A stretch of 40,543 nucleotides of DNA from a virus (lineage: Duplodnaviria > Caudoviricetes). Numbering within the stretch: position 1 is the stretch's first letter; every line of letters begins with the position of its first letter. The notes under the pieces were generated by a model. That model saw nothing but the letters and a program-made list of their open reading frames with translations, searched no databases and was not told the DNA's origin. Below are positions 9,199-19,339 of the stretch, piece after piece. Both the position numbers and the translations under genes were made by a program. The DNA is taken from positions 1 through 40,543 of IMG/VR virus record IMGVR_UViG_3300012347_000612; one strand, given 5' to 3'.

Positions 9199-10014
9199 AT
9201 GGACTACACCGCCGCCTCTCTCAAGCTCACCGCCACCGTCACCGCCGCGTCAGACGCACCGCTCGTCTCCGGCTCACAGAAAATCTCCCAGGTTCTCAAC
9301 CGCACCTTTGAGAATGTGGACATCGCATGGGCCGCCACCGCGGATCTCGGCAGCAGCTCCACCGGAGTGGACATCACATTTGCCAGCGGAGTCATCACCG
9401 GAGCCGCCGCCCCCACCTATCAGGTAGAGACAGCCACCGCAGCGGGCACCATCACCACCGCCGGAAACGCCACAGCCATCGTCACAGGCGCATACATCAC
9501 CGGCAGCCCCGTCACCGTCACCTTCGCCGTCGCCCTTTCCGACACCGCCACCGCATGGGCCACCAAGGCGCGCACCGCCCTCACCGCGAATGCCGCCATC
9601 AGCGCCCAGTATACCGTCAGCGGCTCCGGCACCTCCATCGTTCTAACAGACAAGTTCAACCGCGCCACAGACTCCACCCTCAACATCGCCCTCGCCGATG
9701 CCACCTCCGCCGGCATCACCGAGGCAGCCACCTCCACCGGCACCACCGCCGGAGTCGCCGGAGCCATCCTCTCCGGCGGCGCGGGAGAAGACCTTGCCGG
9801 AGTCGCTTTGCCATCCGCATCCAGCTTCCGCCTCATCGTCATCACCAACCAAGGCCCCGGCCAGCTTTCCTTGCCGGATATTTCGCTGAGCTTGGCCTCG
9901 GGCGGCTCCATGGTTCTGGATTCCGCCTCCGGCAGTGCCCTTGCCACTGCCTTCACGCTGGTGCCCAGCTCCGGCCGCCTCACATGCAGCGTCATGGTCT
10001 ATTCCGTCGATTAA
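9199..10014 (+). CDS. Thr/Ala/Ser-rich structural protein (decoration or tail accessory)
   Basis: 271 aa, beta-rich composition, structural module. Confidence 0.6.
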   Translation: MDYTAASLKLTATVTAASDAPLVSGSQKISQVLNRTFENVDIAWAATADLGSSSTGVDITFASGVITGAAAPTYQVETATAAGTITTAGNATAIVTGAYITGSPVTVTFAVALSDTATAWATKARTALTANAAISAQYTVSGSGTSIVLTDKFNRATDSTLNIALADATSAGITEAATSTGTTAGVAGAILSGGAGEDLAGVALPSASSFRLIVITNQGPGQLSLPDISLSLASGGSMVLDSASGSALATAFTLVPSSGRLTCSVMVYSVD

Positions 10015-10027
10015 TCCCGCCCGCCCC

Positions 10028-10348
10028 ATGAACGCCGCAGCCCTCCTCGCCTTCGACCAGCGCTCCGCCGCCGTAGGCGAGGCCCTCTGGCCCGCCGTCG
10101 TCACCCTCTCCGGCACAGACTACCCCTGCGCCGTGATCCGCCCGCGGCAGGCAGTCCAGTTAGGCGACTACGCCGAGGAGCCAGAGCCAGTCACCCTCAC
10201 CGTGCGCATCCGCAAGGAAATACTCCCCACCGCCCCCGCGCTCCACCTCATCCTCATCTGGCAGGGAGAGCGCTGGAAAATCCGCTCCATCGGCGGCCAT
10301 GAGACCACCGAAGCCACCTGGAGCATCGCCTGCCAGCCCGCGCCATGA
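10028..10348 (+). CDS. Putative head-tail adaptor/closure protein
   Basis: 106 aa; LIWQGERWKIRSI beta-barrel-like pattern; position. Confidence 0.55.
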   Translation: MNAAALLAFDQRSAAVGEALWPAVVTLSGTDYPCAVIRPRQAVQLGDYAEEPEPVTLTVRIRKEILPTAPALHLILIWQGERWKIRSIGGHETTEATWSIACQPAP

Positions 10349-11163
10349 GCACCCCCATCAAGCTCACCGGCGCAGATGCCTTCCGCGCCAAGCTCAAGGC
10401 CTTTGCCGACGAGCTCCCCCGCACCGCAGAGAGTCTCCTCGCCCAGGAAGCCCGCGCCTTCTGCGTCAATGCAGGCTTCCACACCATGCCCTACGGCTTC
10501 AGCCCGTCCACCGCCAAGTTTCAAGCCAAGATTGCCGGAGACATCCGCCGGATTTATCTCACCACCGAGTCCATCTACCGCCTTACCGATCTCATCAAGC
10601 CCCGCTCCGCCGCCCTCGCCTTCGGCTTCTACCGCGCCAGCAAGGCAGGCAAGCTCGCCCAGGCTAACAAATACCTAAAGCAAGCTGGCATCTCCGTCGA
10701 GGTCCTCGATCCCGCCCTCCACCAGCGCGCCCGCGCCGGTCCCGGACTCGGCGTCCCCAAAAACCTCCAGCCTAACACCGTCGTCCGCCGCCCCTCACTG
10801 GCCAAATACACCCGCGAGTGCGGAGCCACCATCGGCACCGCCAAGGCAGGCTGGTATGCCGCCGCCAAGGCCATCGGTGGCCGCGTCCGTTCCAACAGCA
10901 CCGACGCCTCCGGCAAGCGCTCCACCGCCGAGATCTTCCCCAAGTATATCCGCGACCGTTACAAAAAGCACCCCGATCTTGGCGGAGCCCGCGTCTCCCC
11001 CGGCCGCATCGAGGTCTTCACCAACGTCGAATACGCCGCAGACGCCCTTCAAACCAATTTGGACATCATCCAGGAAGAGTCCCAGGAAGCCTTCCTCGCC
11101 GCCGTCCGCAAGTCCCTCCAAGCCCTCAAAAACAAACACTTCCGCGGCCACCGCGCCGCCTAA
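10345..11163 (+). CDS. Putative neck/tail-completion protein (HK97 gp10-like)
   Basis: N-terminal IKLTGADAF and C-terminal VFTNVEYA motifs. Confidence 0.55.
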   Translation: MSTPIKLTGADAFRAKLKAFADELPRTAESLLAQEARAFCVNAGFHTMPYGFSPSTAKFQAKIAGDIRRIYLTTESIYRLTDLIKPRSAALAFGFYRASKAGKLAQANKYLKQAGISVEVLDPALHQRARAGPGLGVPKNLQPNTVVRRPSLAKYTRECGATIGTAKAGWYAAAKAIGGRVRSNSTDASGKRSTAEIFPKYIRDRYKKHPDLGGARVSPGRIEVFTNVEYAADALQTNLDIIQEESQEAFLAAVRKSLQALKNKHFRGHRAA

Positions 11164-11233
<70 letters not shown>

Positions 11234-11245
11234 AAACCAAAAGCC

Positions 11246-11662
11246 ATGCACCTCCCCATCCAGTTCACCGCCGCCATCTGTGACGTCCTCACCGCCACCG
11301 GCATCATCCCCGGCGGCATCCACCCCCTTGGCGGCACCGATCCCAAACCCAGCCCCTCCATGGCCGTCACCGTCGAGGCCTTCCAGAGTCCGCACCCGGC
11401 TCTCCATCAAGGCACCCTCATCCTCCGCTACGAGTTCGATGCGGACGCCACCCCGGCCGCCACTGCCTCCGCCGTCCTCGCCGCAGCCACCGACTGGCTC
11501 CTCTCAGACCCCGGGCGCGCCGCCCTCCAGCTCCAGCTTTCCCCCGCCGGCATCTGGCTGCGCATCCTCGGTCCCAGCACCGGCGCCACCCCCGCAGACA
11601 CCGGAGAGCGCCACCGCACCTACGATCAGATGCTCCCCTTCACCCTCCAGACCAAAATTTGA
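11246..11662 (+). CDS. Putative tail terminator protein
   Basis: 138 aa ORF immediately before the putative tail tube gene; call is by position. Confidence 0.45.
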   Translation: MHLPIQFTAAICDVLTATGIIPGGIHPLGGTDPKPSPSMAVTVEAFQSPHPALHQGTLILRYEFDADATPAATASAVLAAATDWLLSDPGRAALQLQLSPAGIWLRILGPSTGATPADTGERHRTYDQMLPFTLQTKI

Positions 11663-11680
11663 CACCCTTCCCCTAATATC

Positions 11681-12070
11681 ATGGCACTCGACCCACGCAT
11701 CGTACACGGAAACCTCCCCGCAGACATCGGCCTGCTCGACGAGCCAGACATGCTCGTCCAGTCACTCACCATCAATCCCAGCCGGGAGAAAAAGGAATAC
11801 AAAGGAGCAAACCGCGCCATCGGCGGCGTGGAATACCTCAACCCGATGATCTCCTTCGTCTTCAACGCCTACATCTCCGAGCGCACCGGCCTCTGCGATA
11901 CCCACCCCGGCACCATCGTCACCGGCCTCCTCAACTACGCCGCCCCCCGCTTCGGCTTCGATCCCGCGGAAGGCCTCATGGTTTACGAGGACCCCAGCAC
12001 CACCCAGGACCTCAACAACCCCGAGACCATCACCTTCTCCGTCTTCCAGTATCCCTTCATCTCCGTCTGA
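11681..12070 (+). CDS. Putative major tail (tube) protein
   Basis: 129 aa, beta-rich, own TTTGACA motif, downstream hairpin; position. Confidence 0.5.
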   Translation: MALDPRIVHGNLPADIGLLDEPDMLVQSLTINPSREKKEYKGANRAIGGVEYLNPMISFVFNAYISERTGLCDTHPGTIVTGLLNYAAPRFGFDPAEGLMVYEDPSTTQDLNNPETITFSVFQYPFISV

Positions 12071-12127
12071 TTCGCCATAGCAGAGACGGGCGGCGGGTTT
12101 TAAGTGTTTTTTCCCCGCCGCCCGAGT

Positions 12128-12199
12128 CCGGAGCGCGGGATTCATCCCGCCCGGACCGCGGAATTCATTCCGGCTTTCATTCATTCATTCATCCTCTTC
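12128..12199. repeat. REP-like palindromic element
   Basis: ccggagcgcgggattcatcccgc...gcggaattcattccggc...ttcattcattcatcctcttc. Confidence 0.85.
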
Positions 12200-12234
12200 G
12201 ACTCTCCCACATCTCCCCGCTCAATTAAACCGTC

Positions 12235-12990
12235 ATGGAACGCTGGCACACCACCATCTGCACCAAGGAAGCCTCCGCCTTCGCCACCTTGGGAGCCACC
12301 ATCAAGATCCAGAGTTCCATCGACGAGCGCACCTCCTCCCGGGAAGTGCGCTTTCTCATTTCCCCCACCACCGAGGACAAGGCCTGGTCCACCGGAAAAA
12401 TCCGCCACGCCTTCAAGACCGGCACCCTCCAGCGCCAGCACAGCGGCCACCCCTACCTCACCATGCTGCGCGCCTATCATAACCGCGAGGCACTCCTGGA
12501 GATCCAGAAATCCGGCCGTCGCCTCCGTCTCGCCCTCGCCTCCCCCGAGGCAGGCACCTACCAGCTCGTCCCCTCCGACACCGGCCTCCCCGGCACCACC
12601 GGCCAGCTCGCCGTCCTCAAGACCCGGGACATCAAACTCGCCGCCGCCCTCCTCACAGTAGGCTTCCCCATCCTCCGCATCACCGGCGCGGAGCGTGCCC
12701 ACGAATACACCCTCAGCGCCCTCCCCGAGCCACGCGCCGCCACCGGCATCGACGCCGCCGCCCTCTGCGCCGCCTGGCACGCCGCCCCCGCCGCCATGCC
12801 CTTCCACCTCCCCTTCGTCCAAGCCATGCAGGCCCTATCTAACCGCGAGAAAATGAAAGCAGAAGTCCACCGCGCCATCGACACCATCCTCCTCCACAAA
12901 CCCCGCACCACCAGCCACGCCGCCATCCGCGCAGACGCCGCCCCCGCCGCCTGGGACGCCGCCAAAACCTTCTTCACCAAGATCCCCTAG
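12235..12990 (+). CDS. Hypothetical protein flanked by REP-like repeats
   Basis: 251 aa ORF with genome-typical codon usage. Confidence 0.75.
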   Translation: MERWHTTICTKEASAFATLGATIKIQSSIDERTSSREVRFLISPTTEDKAWSTGKIRHAFKTGTLQRQHSGHPYLTMLRAYHNREALLEIQKSGRRLRLALASPEAGTYQLVPSDTGLPGTTGQLAVLKTRDIKLAAALLTVGFPILRITGAERAHEYTLSALPEPRAATGIDAAALCAAWHAAPAAMPFHLPFVQAMQALSNREKMKAEVHRAIDTILLHKPRTTSHAAIRADAAPAAWDAAKTFFTKIP

Positions 12991-13082
12991 CCGGAGCGCG
13001 GGATTCATCCCGCCAGGCCCGCGGAATTCATTCCGGCCTTCATTCATTCATCCTCTTCTCTCTCAAATCTCAAATCTCAAAT
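12991..13082. repeat. REP-like element plus TCTCAAA heptamer run
   Basis: Copy of 12128-12199 followed by (TCTCAAA)x3. Confidence 0.85.
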
Positions 13083-13090
13083 CAACCACC

Positions 13091-13591
13091 ATGGACATCA
13101 TCCCACTCGACCCCACCCCCGAACTCGCCGGAGCCACACTCCCGCCAGCGCCACCCCGTCCCGGCACCATCGCCCAGGAAGACCCCCACGCAGAGGCAGA
13201 CCGCGAAGACGCCTTCTCCCATGACCCCGTCTGGAACGGCCAGCCCCTCCACGGCCTCTCCATCGAGCGCTACACCGTCTTCGTCTCCCAGCGCCTCTCC
13301 ATGGGTGCGCCCTCCCTCTACCTCGCCCTCCAGGACGGGAATGCCTTCTACCCGGACGCCCTCCGCATCCTCTGGCTGTGCAGCGTCCCCCCCGAGACCA
13401 TCACCGCCCTCCGCAAGGACCCGGATGCCATGCAAGCCGCCATCGACCAATGGGCCGCCGAGCACGCCCCCATCCCCACCGCCGGAAAAGCCATCGTCAC
13501 CGCCATCGAAATCTTCAACGCCTCCCAGCTTAACCGCGCCGATCCCCGCCAGTCCGCCCGCACCTCTAACCACTCCGAAAGGGGAAACTAG
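13091..13591 (+). CDS. Tail assembly chaperone (gpG-like)
   Basis: Upstream of the tape measure gene; ends in slippery G GGA AAC then TAG. Confidence 0.75.
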   Translation: MDIIPLDPTPELAGATLPPAPPRPGTIAQEDPHAEADREDAFSHDPVWNGQPLHGLSIERYTVFVSQRLSMGAPSLYLALQDGNAFYPDALRILWLCSVPPETITALRKDPDAMQAAIDQWAAEHAPIPTAGKAIVTAIEIFNASQLNRADPRQSARTSNHSERGN

Positions 13592-13824
13592 CCTGGCCCG
13601 TCTGGCGGGCCCAATACATCATCACCCTCTCCGCCGCCACCGGCTGGCCAGAAGACTACATCCGCTGGCACCTCCCCCTCTCCCGCGGTTACGCCTACTA
13701 CCTCACCGCCCGCCTCAAAGACGGAGCCGAGTTCCAGTGGCCCGGCCAGACCCACCACTTCGAGACATGGATCGACTCCATCCGCCACTGGTCCCAAGCC
13801 TGTAAATCGACACGCAGACACTAG
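13582..13824 (+). CDS. -1 frameshift extension of the tail chaperone (gpGT-like)
   Basis: The -1 frame from the slippery site 13582-13588 is open for 80 codons (KLAWPVWRAQYIITLSAATGWPEDYIRWHLPLSRG...) and has no ATG of its own. Confidence 0.75.
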   Translation, partial: GKLAWPVWRAQYIITLSAATGWPEDYIRWHLPLSRGYAYYLTARLKDGAEFQWPGQTHHFETWIDSIRHWSQACKSTRRH

Positions 13825-13825
13825 A

Positions 13826-13946
13826 GAACATCGAACGTCGAACGTCGAACGTCGAACATCGAACATCGAACATCGAAGTAAGAACCTCTTCCTCTTCATT
13901 CTCTTCACTTCGACGTTCGATGTTCGATGTTCGATGTTCGACGTTC
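13826..13946. repeat. TCGAAC heptamer inverted-repeat element (full copy)
   Basis: Array, spacer, inverted array. Confidence 0.9.
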
Positions 13947-13962
13947 CCACCCTTTCCCGCCC

Positions 13963-15774
13963 ATGCCCGAAACCATCAACGTCACCTTCACCTCCGACTC
14001 CTCCAAGTTTCAGCTAGAGGCATCCAAGGTCATCGACACCATCGGCAAGGTCGAGACCGCCACCAAGCGCGCCCGCTCCGTGGGGCTCCCCATGGCGGAA
14101 ATCACCCCGGCATCCCTCAAGGCCATGGACCGCGCTGCCGTCCTCCACGGAGAGCTCGCCCGCCGCACCCAGCTTGCAGGCCAAGCCGGAAAAAACGGCT
14201 CCCTCGGCTTCCTCGCCTTCTCCCAAGCCGTGGAAGATGCCCAGTATGGAGTGAAGGGCGTCCTCAACAACATACCCCAGATGGTCCTCGGCTTCGGCGG
14301 AGGTGCCGGCCTCGCCGGTGTCCTCTCCCTCGCCGCCGTCGCCGCCTACGGAGCCTGGCAGGCCTTCCAGAAATTCTCCGGCATCAGTGCCATGGAGAAA
14401 TGGGCCAAGGACTCCGCCAAGGCCACCAACGCCTTCACCGACGCCATCCGCCGCAACAAGGCCGAGACCATCGCCCTCCAAGCCCTCACCGCTTCCGAGA
14501 ACGTCATCAACGCCTCCCGCTCCAACGAGGAATCCCGCATCAGCCGCGGCGTCGGCTTCGATGAGTCCTACTACCTCGGCCGCGAGCAGGAAAAAGCGCG
14601 CATCGAGCGCCAGCGTGCATCCATGTCCGCTCTGATTTCAGCGGGAGTTCCCGGCGTCACCGGCGAAGACCCTAGCCAGCAAGGGAACCGGGAGTGGGAA
14701 AATGCACTCCGCAAGTATAACCTCGACCAACTCCAAGCGACTGAGAAAATCGCCGCCGCCCAAGAGACCCTCAACAAGCTCTCCCAAGACTACTCCCGCA
14801 TCACCGCCAACTCCGGCGACCTCTTCACCCGCTATCAGAAGCAGAAAAACGCCGCCCTTGTCGAAGAAGAAGAAATGCGCAAAAAACTCGCCTCCCTTGA
14901 GGCAGAGAAAGCCCGCGCCCAGGAGGAAGTCACCGCCCCGGAAAACACCTCCCTCCGCCGTCAGCAAGAACTCATCGTCGTCCGAATTCAGGAAGAAATA
15001 GACCTCCGCAAGGCCGGCTATAAAATCAAGCAGGACGAAGTCGCCCTCGCCGATGACCTCCTCAAGAAAACCAAGGAAGAAGCAGACGCCAACCGAAAGA
15101 TCCTGGCCGATAAAAAAGCGGGGCTGGTAGTGGAAATAGAGACAGGAAAAGAAGAACTCCGCCGCCGTAAGCTAATTGCAGAACGGGAATCCAAGGAGAT
15201 CCAGTTGCGGGCACTGCAAGCTCAAACCCCCGCCCTCCAGGAAGCCGCCGACACCGCCCGCCAGCAGCAGCAAGCTGTTACCCCCGATCTTCAAGACCTT
15301 ATCCTCTCCCGCGCTCGGCGTGATGGCAAGATAACGCCCCAAGCCGGACGCGATGCAGCCCAAGCCGTCAAAGACAGCCGCGAAGCAGAAAGTCGGGCAA
15401 AAGAAAACGGCATGTCCGTTGAGGAAAATCGGCGGATTGTCGAAGAAATGCGCAAGAATGAGGAATTTCTTGCCAAAAATACAGGCACCATCAAAGAGCG
15501 CCGCGAACAACGCACCGCAGACCGCCAAGCCGCCCGCGACGAGAAGCGCAACGAACGTGTCCGCTCCGCCGCCCGCGAGCGCGAGTCCCGCGACCAAAAC
15601 GGCCGCCAGATCCCGGACGATCGCATCGACCCCGGAGCCAAAGCCCGCGAGGCAGACCAGCGCGTCGAAAACGCCCAGAAAGATGTGGAAGACAACCTCA
15701 CCGAGCAACTCGACATCCAGCGCAAGATCCAGGAATCCGTCGATAAACTCGCCCAAAACCTCGGCACGCTCTGA
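13963..15774 (+). CDS. Tape measure protein
   Basis: 603 aa; N-terminal AVEDAQYG..GVLNNIPQ motif, a Gly/Ala hydrophobic stretch, then long coiled coil; follows the frameshifted chaperone. Confidence 0.8.
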   Translation: MPETINVTFTSDSSKFQLEASKVIDTIGKVETATKRARSVGLPMAEITPASLKAMDRAAVLHGELARRTQLAGQAGKNGSLGFLAFSQAVEDAQYGVKGVLNNIPQMVLGFGGGAGLAGVLSLAAVAAYGAWQAFQKFSGISAMEKWAKDSAKATNAFTDAIRRNKAETIALQALTASENVINASRSNEESRISRGVGFDESYYLGREQEKARIERQRASMSALISAGVPGVTGEDPSQQGNREWENALRKYNLDQLQATEKIAAAQETLNKLSQDYSRITANSGDLFTRYQKQKNAALVEEEEMRKKLASLEAEKARAQEEVTAPENTSLRRQQELIVVRIQEEIDLRKAGYKIKQDEVALADDLLKKTKEEADANRKILADKKAGLVVEIETGKEELRRRKLIAERESKEIQLRALQAQTPALQEAADTARQQQQAVTPDLQDLILSRARRDGKITPQAGRDAAQAVKDSREAESRAKENGMSVEENRRIVEEMRKNEEFLAKNTGTIKERREQRTADRQAARDEKRNERVRSAARERESRDQNGRQIPDDRIDPGAKAREADQRVENAQKDVEDNLTEQLDIQRKIQESVDKLAQNLGTL

Positions 15775-15775
15775 T

Positions 15776-15896
15776 GAACATCGAACGTCGAACATCGAAC
15801 ATCGAACATCGAAGGAATATGCTTCGCGCTTCTTCATTCTCTTCCTCTTCCTCTTCACTTCGACGTTCGATGTTCGATGTTCGATGTTCGACGTTC
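15776..15896. repeat. TCGAAC heptamer inverted-repeat element (full copy)
   Basis: Array, spacer, inverted array. Confidence 0.9.
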
Positions 15897-15917
15897 AACC
15901 TCCCCCTCTAACCACTC

Positions 15918-16619
15918 ATGCACCTCTCCACCTACCACGGCGAAACCCCGCTCATCACCCGCGGGCCCGACATCGAAGACGCCCGCCCTGGCGATCTCGA
16001 CACCATCACCTACGAGGTCCTCACCGGAGAAGACTACTTGGGAGACATCGCCACCCTCGGATTCGTCAAGGGCCAGCCCGTCCCCGAGCCCGCCTTCCAC
16101 GCCGTCACCCTCCAGTCCATCCGCATCCTCCGCGAGAGCGACCGCCTCCGCCTCCTTTCCCTCACCTGCACCGGCATCATCGCGGATCTCGCCCTCGACC
16201 CCGCTGCCAACTCCTCCCGCACCTTCGACCCCACCCCCGGCACCGAGACATACACCAGCAAGGGAATCTCCGTCACCCGCCGCACCTATCAGCCCACCAT
16301 CACCCTCACCTATTACACCACCACAGAGCCACAGACCGCCATCATCGGCCAGATCATAGAGGTGGAGAATCCCCCCGCCTGCCCCGCCGCCCGCGTCATC
16401 TATCGCCCCGTCGTGCCGGACCTTGCGAATCCCGGCCAGTATCTCTCCTTCGGAGAATTCCCCATGGTGTCCAACGTCACCGGCTACGAAAACCAATGGA
16501 TCCTCGAGAACCGAGTCCCAGAGTCCGTCTATGAGACCGACACCACAGGGCTGTGGAAAGTCACCGACACCATCATCCTCACATCCCTCATCCTCCAGGA
16601 CATCACCCTTGGAGAGTAA
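15918..16619 (+). CDS. Putative tail tip/distal tail protein
   Basis: 233 aa, directly after the tape measure gene. Confidence 0.5.
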   Translation: MHLSTYHGETPLITRGPDIEDARPGDLDTITYEVLTGEDYLGDIATLGFVKGQPVPEPAFHAVTLQSIRILRESDRLRLLSLTCTGIIADLALDPAANSSRTFDPTPGTETYTSKGISVTRRTYQPTITLTYYTTTEPQTAIIGQIIEVENPPACPAARVIYRPVVPDLANPGQYLSFGEFPMVSNVTGYENQWILENRVPESVYETDTTGLWKVTDTIILTSLILQDITLGE

Positions 16620-16628
16620 TCACCGCCC

Positions 16629-16979
16629 ATGCCAGAAGAACGTAAAATCCAACTCCCGGACCCAAAGAAAGCAGGCAAGTCCTACGTCCTCTCCCAGGCA
16701 TTTGTAGACAAGCTCAAGCAAGCGGACCTCGGCTACCTCGTCACCCCCCGGGCAGAAGACTTCACCGTCGAAAAAGGCGGTGGAGAAATGAAATTCTCCA
16801 TCGACCCGAACGGGCCCGCCTTCACCGGCAGCAGCCGCGGGAACGGAGCCTTGATCTTCGTCGATTGCGACAGTGCGGAAGTCGCCCGCATAGAGTGGAT
16901 TAACGGAATCATCACCACCACCGGAGAGCAGACCGTGGAAGCCGGCTGCTCTGGCGGATCCACCGGAAGCGCCTCATGA
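16629..16979 (+). CDS. Hypothetical tail protein
   Basis: 116 aa ORF in the tail operon. Confidence 0.6.
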   Translation: MPEERKIQLPDPKKAGKSYVLSQAFVDKLKQADLGYLVTPRAEDFTVEKGGGEMKFSIDPNGPAFTGSSRGNGALIFVDCDSAEVARIEWINGIITTTGEQTVEAGCSGGSTGSAS

Positions 16980-17659
16980 TCAAACAGCAAATCATAGTCT
17001 TGGACGTCGGAGGCTACACAGAAAGACTCCGCGCCCTATCGGACTCCAGCCCGCATGTCGTCGGAGTCACCCCGCACGATCTGCCGTGCGCCGGATTCGC
17101 GGCCGTCCGCGTGCCCGAGGAGTGGTTGCCCTCTGACACCACCATCCCATACGCAAAACGCTGCTGGCACGCCACCGGCACGCTAGGACTCGCCGCCATC
17201 GAGCAGCTCGGACTGGATGCCGACCACTACTGGTTTATCGAGTCGGATTGTGTCGCCTCGCCCGCCAGGTGGAAATCGCTCATTGATTCCCACGCAGAAA
17301 ACCAAACAGACGGCGTTTTCGTCTGCGCCCGCACCCGGGCGGAGACCCTTTGGAATCCGTGGTGGAATCACCCGGGAACCCCGCCATGGGCGGACGTGAC
17401 GCACATCAACGCCATTTACAGACTCTCCAGAAAAGCAGTCGGAATCTACCTCGCCGTCATCCAGCAAAACCGCGAATGCTTCGGAGAAATGCTCATCGGC
17501 AGCGCCATCAAGCGCGCCGGCGCCACCCTCGGCCGCATCAACAACGACCTCTCCGCGCCGCACCTCAACAACCAGACCATCAAAGCCGATCCCGCCCGGG
17601 TGATCATCAACCCTCGACTCATCAACCACCCCGTAAAATCCAATACCTACGGGGTGTAA
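16976..17659 (+). CDS. Possible glycosyltransferase-like protein
   Basis: DHYWFIESD resembles the acidic motif of GT-A-like proteins; family assignment tentative. Confidence 0.4.
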   Translation: MIKQQIIVLDVGGYTERLRALSDSSPHVVGVTPHDLPCAGFAAVRVPEEWLPSDTTIPYAKRCWHATGTLGLAAIEQLGLDADHYWFIESDCVASPARWKSLIDSHAENQTDGVFVCARTRAETLWNPWWNHPGTPPWADVTHINAIYRLSRKAVGIYLAVIQQNRECFGEMLIGSAIKRAGATLGRINNDLSAPHLNNQTIKADPARVIINPRLINHPVKSNTYGV

Positions 17660-17669
17660 ATTCCCCCGC

Positions 17670-17724
17670 TCTTCCATTCTCTTCCTCTTCCCTTCGATGT
17701 TCGATGTTCGACGTTCGATGTTCG
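17670..17724. repeat. Half copy of the TCGAAC heptamer element
   Basis: Pyrimidine tract plus reverse array, followed by TTTGACACCC. Confidence 0.85.
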
Positions 17725-17753
17725 CCCCTCTTTGACACCCTCCCCTTGGAGGA

Positions 17754-18101
17754 ATGTCCTGCGCCCCTGTAAACGTCCTCACCCCTGTTATTTCCGGCGA
17801 CGGCTGGCCCGGCCTCCCCGCGTGCTCCTTTTCCAGCACCGGCACCGCCTTCGCAGAGCCCCTCGCCCTCGTGGAAATGTTCTGGGAGAACAAAGAAACC
17901 GGCGTCATCGAGCTCACCCTCTCCAGTGCCGGCGAGGATCCCGGCATCACCATCGACTCCGCCGCAGACTGGACCTTCAGCGTCCTCCCCCGCGTCATCA
18001 CCCTCGCCGCCGGCGCAAAGAGCTGGTCCATCCGCACCACAGCCACCGGCGGACTCCCCCGCACCCGCCTCCGCGGCACCATCGACATCCTCGACCGATG
18101 A
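17754..18101 (+). CDS. Putative baseplate/fibre-attachment protein (BppU N-terminal-like)
   Basis: 115 aa; starts ISGD.W and ends RLRGTIDI, a pattern common in such small beta proteins. Confidence 0.45.
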   Translation: MSCAPVNVLTPVISGDGWPGLPACSFSSTGTAFAEPLALVEMFWENKETGVIELTLSSAGEDPGITIDSAADWTFSVLPRVITLAAGAKSWSIRTTATGGLPRTRLRGTIDILDR

Positions 18102-18466
18102 GCGAAACCATCACCGCCACCCTCAACGCTCCCACCGAGCAAATCACCGCCGTCCTCAACGACGCCGCCGGCGAGCAGATCACCGTCATCCTCAACGAAG
18201 CCCCCCGCGGCCCCGCCGGAGCAGACGGCACCGGCGACCCCGACATCCCAGCCACCGCGCTACCCCCGGAAAACCCACGCGACGGCCAACCGTGGCGTGA
18301 GTCAGGGACGCAGATACTCTCGTTCTGGGACGCCTCAGAAACCGCATGGATCGTCCCGACGACGAACGCGGTTCCGGCGGTTCCGGCGAGTGCAACCCGC
18401 GACGAACTGGGCGCGGTCATCCTCGATGACGCCGGAGACTACATCATTTTCGCAGACGCAGCATAA
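18098..18466 (+). CDS. Tail fibre-associated protein with a short collagen-like motif
   Basis: Repeated EQIT(A/V)(V/I)LN segments, then RGPAGADG. Confidence 0.6.
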   Translation: MSETITATLNAPTEQITAVLNDAAGEQITVILNEAPRGPAGADGTGDPDIPATALPPENPRDGQPWRESGTQILSFWDASETAWIVPTTNAVPAVPASATRDELGAVILDDAGDYIIFADAA

Positions 18467-18478
18467 CCACTTACGACC

Positions 18479-19339
18479 ATGGCACGCCCTAACCTATCAG
18501 CATTAATTTCTAGGTTTCTTTTCCGGGAAACACTATCGACGCAGGACAAGACCGACATCCGCACGGACATCAATGCCCTCAAAAACGACGCCGCCGACGT
18601 GCTGGCGCTGCTGGATGGGGAGACGCTGACCGTCGATGACCTGCGTCTCGGAGACACCAGCGCCGACGTGCTGCCGAGCGGCGCGATTGGCGGGACCGGC
18701 ACCAACGGAGAGCTGGCAGTCCATAACGACTCGGACACAGGCGGGATCAAATACCAGCTCACGCGCAACATTATCACGGGAGTCGCCATTGCAACATCCG
18801 CCGAAATCCAAGCTGGAAACGTTCATAAAGAGATCGGACGCTTCCGACTTGAGCCGTCAGAAATCGCAGCGCAAATGGGGAAATGGTATCTCATGACTGG
18901 CAAGCTGATCATCCAGTCCGATACGGATTCGTCACTTGGGGCAGCGCCATACGTCGGCATCCACATCGACGGGATTACCAGCACATCGGTAGCTCGCGGA
19001 GTTTACATCGGGGCGACAGCAGGGGCGAGCGGGTATTACCTCAACGAGCTGGAGTTGTTCGTCCCGGTCCTGATTTATAACAAGTCAGGCACGACCTTTA
19101 ACCTGCAAGCGGACGGAACCAAGATGGATATCCATTGCTGGCAATCGGTTTACAACGCCGGGGCGCTAGCTGCCTTGAATTTGCCGAAGTTTGAAGAATC
19201 CGCAGGCTTTCCCTCCAACGACGCGCTCAAAGCCAACCCAGCAGACATCATCCTCAGTCTCCGTGTGACGCAGGACGCCACCTTTACCGGCAGCGTGACG
19301 CTGGTGGCAAAAGACGTGCAACTCACCCCGCTGCAATGA
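18479..19339 (+). CDS. Putative tail/receptor-binding accessory protein
   Basis: 286 aa; codon usage differs from the backbone. Confidence 0.55.
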   Translation: MARPNLSALISRFLFRETLSTQDKTDIRTDINALKNDAADVLALLDGETLTVDDLRLGDTSADVLPSGAIGGTGTNGELAVHNDSDTGGIKYQLTRNIITGVAIATSAEIQAGNVHKEIGRFRLEPSEIAAQMGKWYLMTGKLIIQSDTDSSLGAAPYVGIHIDGITSTSVARGVYIGATAGASGYYLNELELFVPVLIYNKSGTTFNLQADGTKMDIHCWQSVYNAGALAALNLPKFEESAGFPSNDALKANPADIILSLRVTQDATFTGSVTLVAKDVQLTPLQ

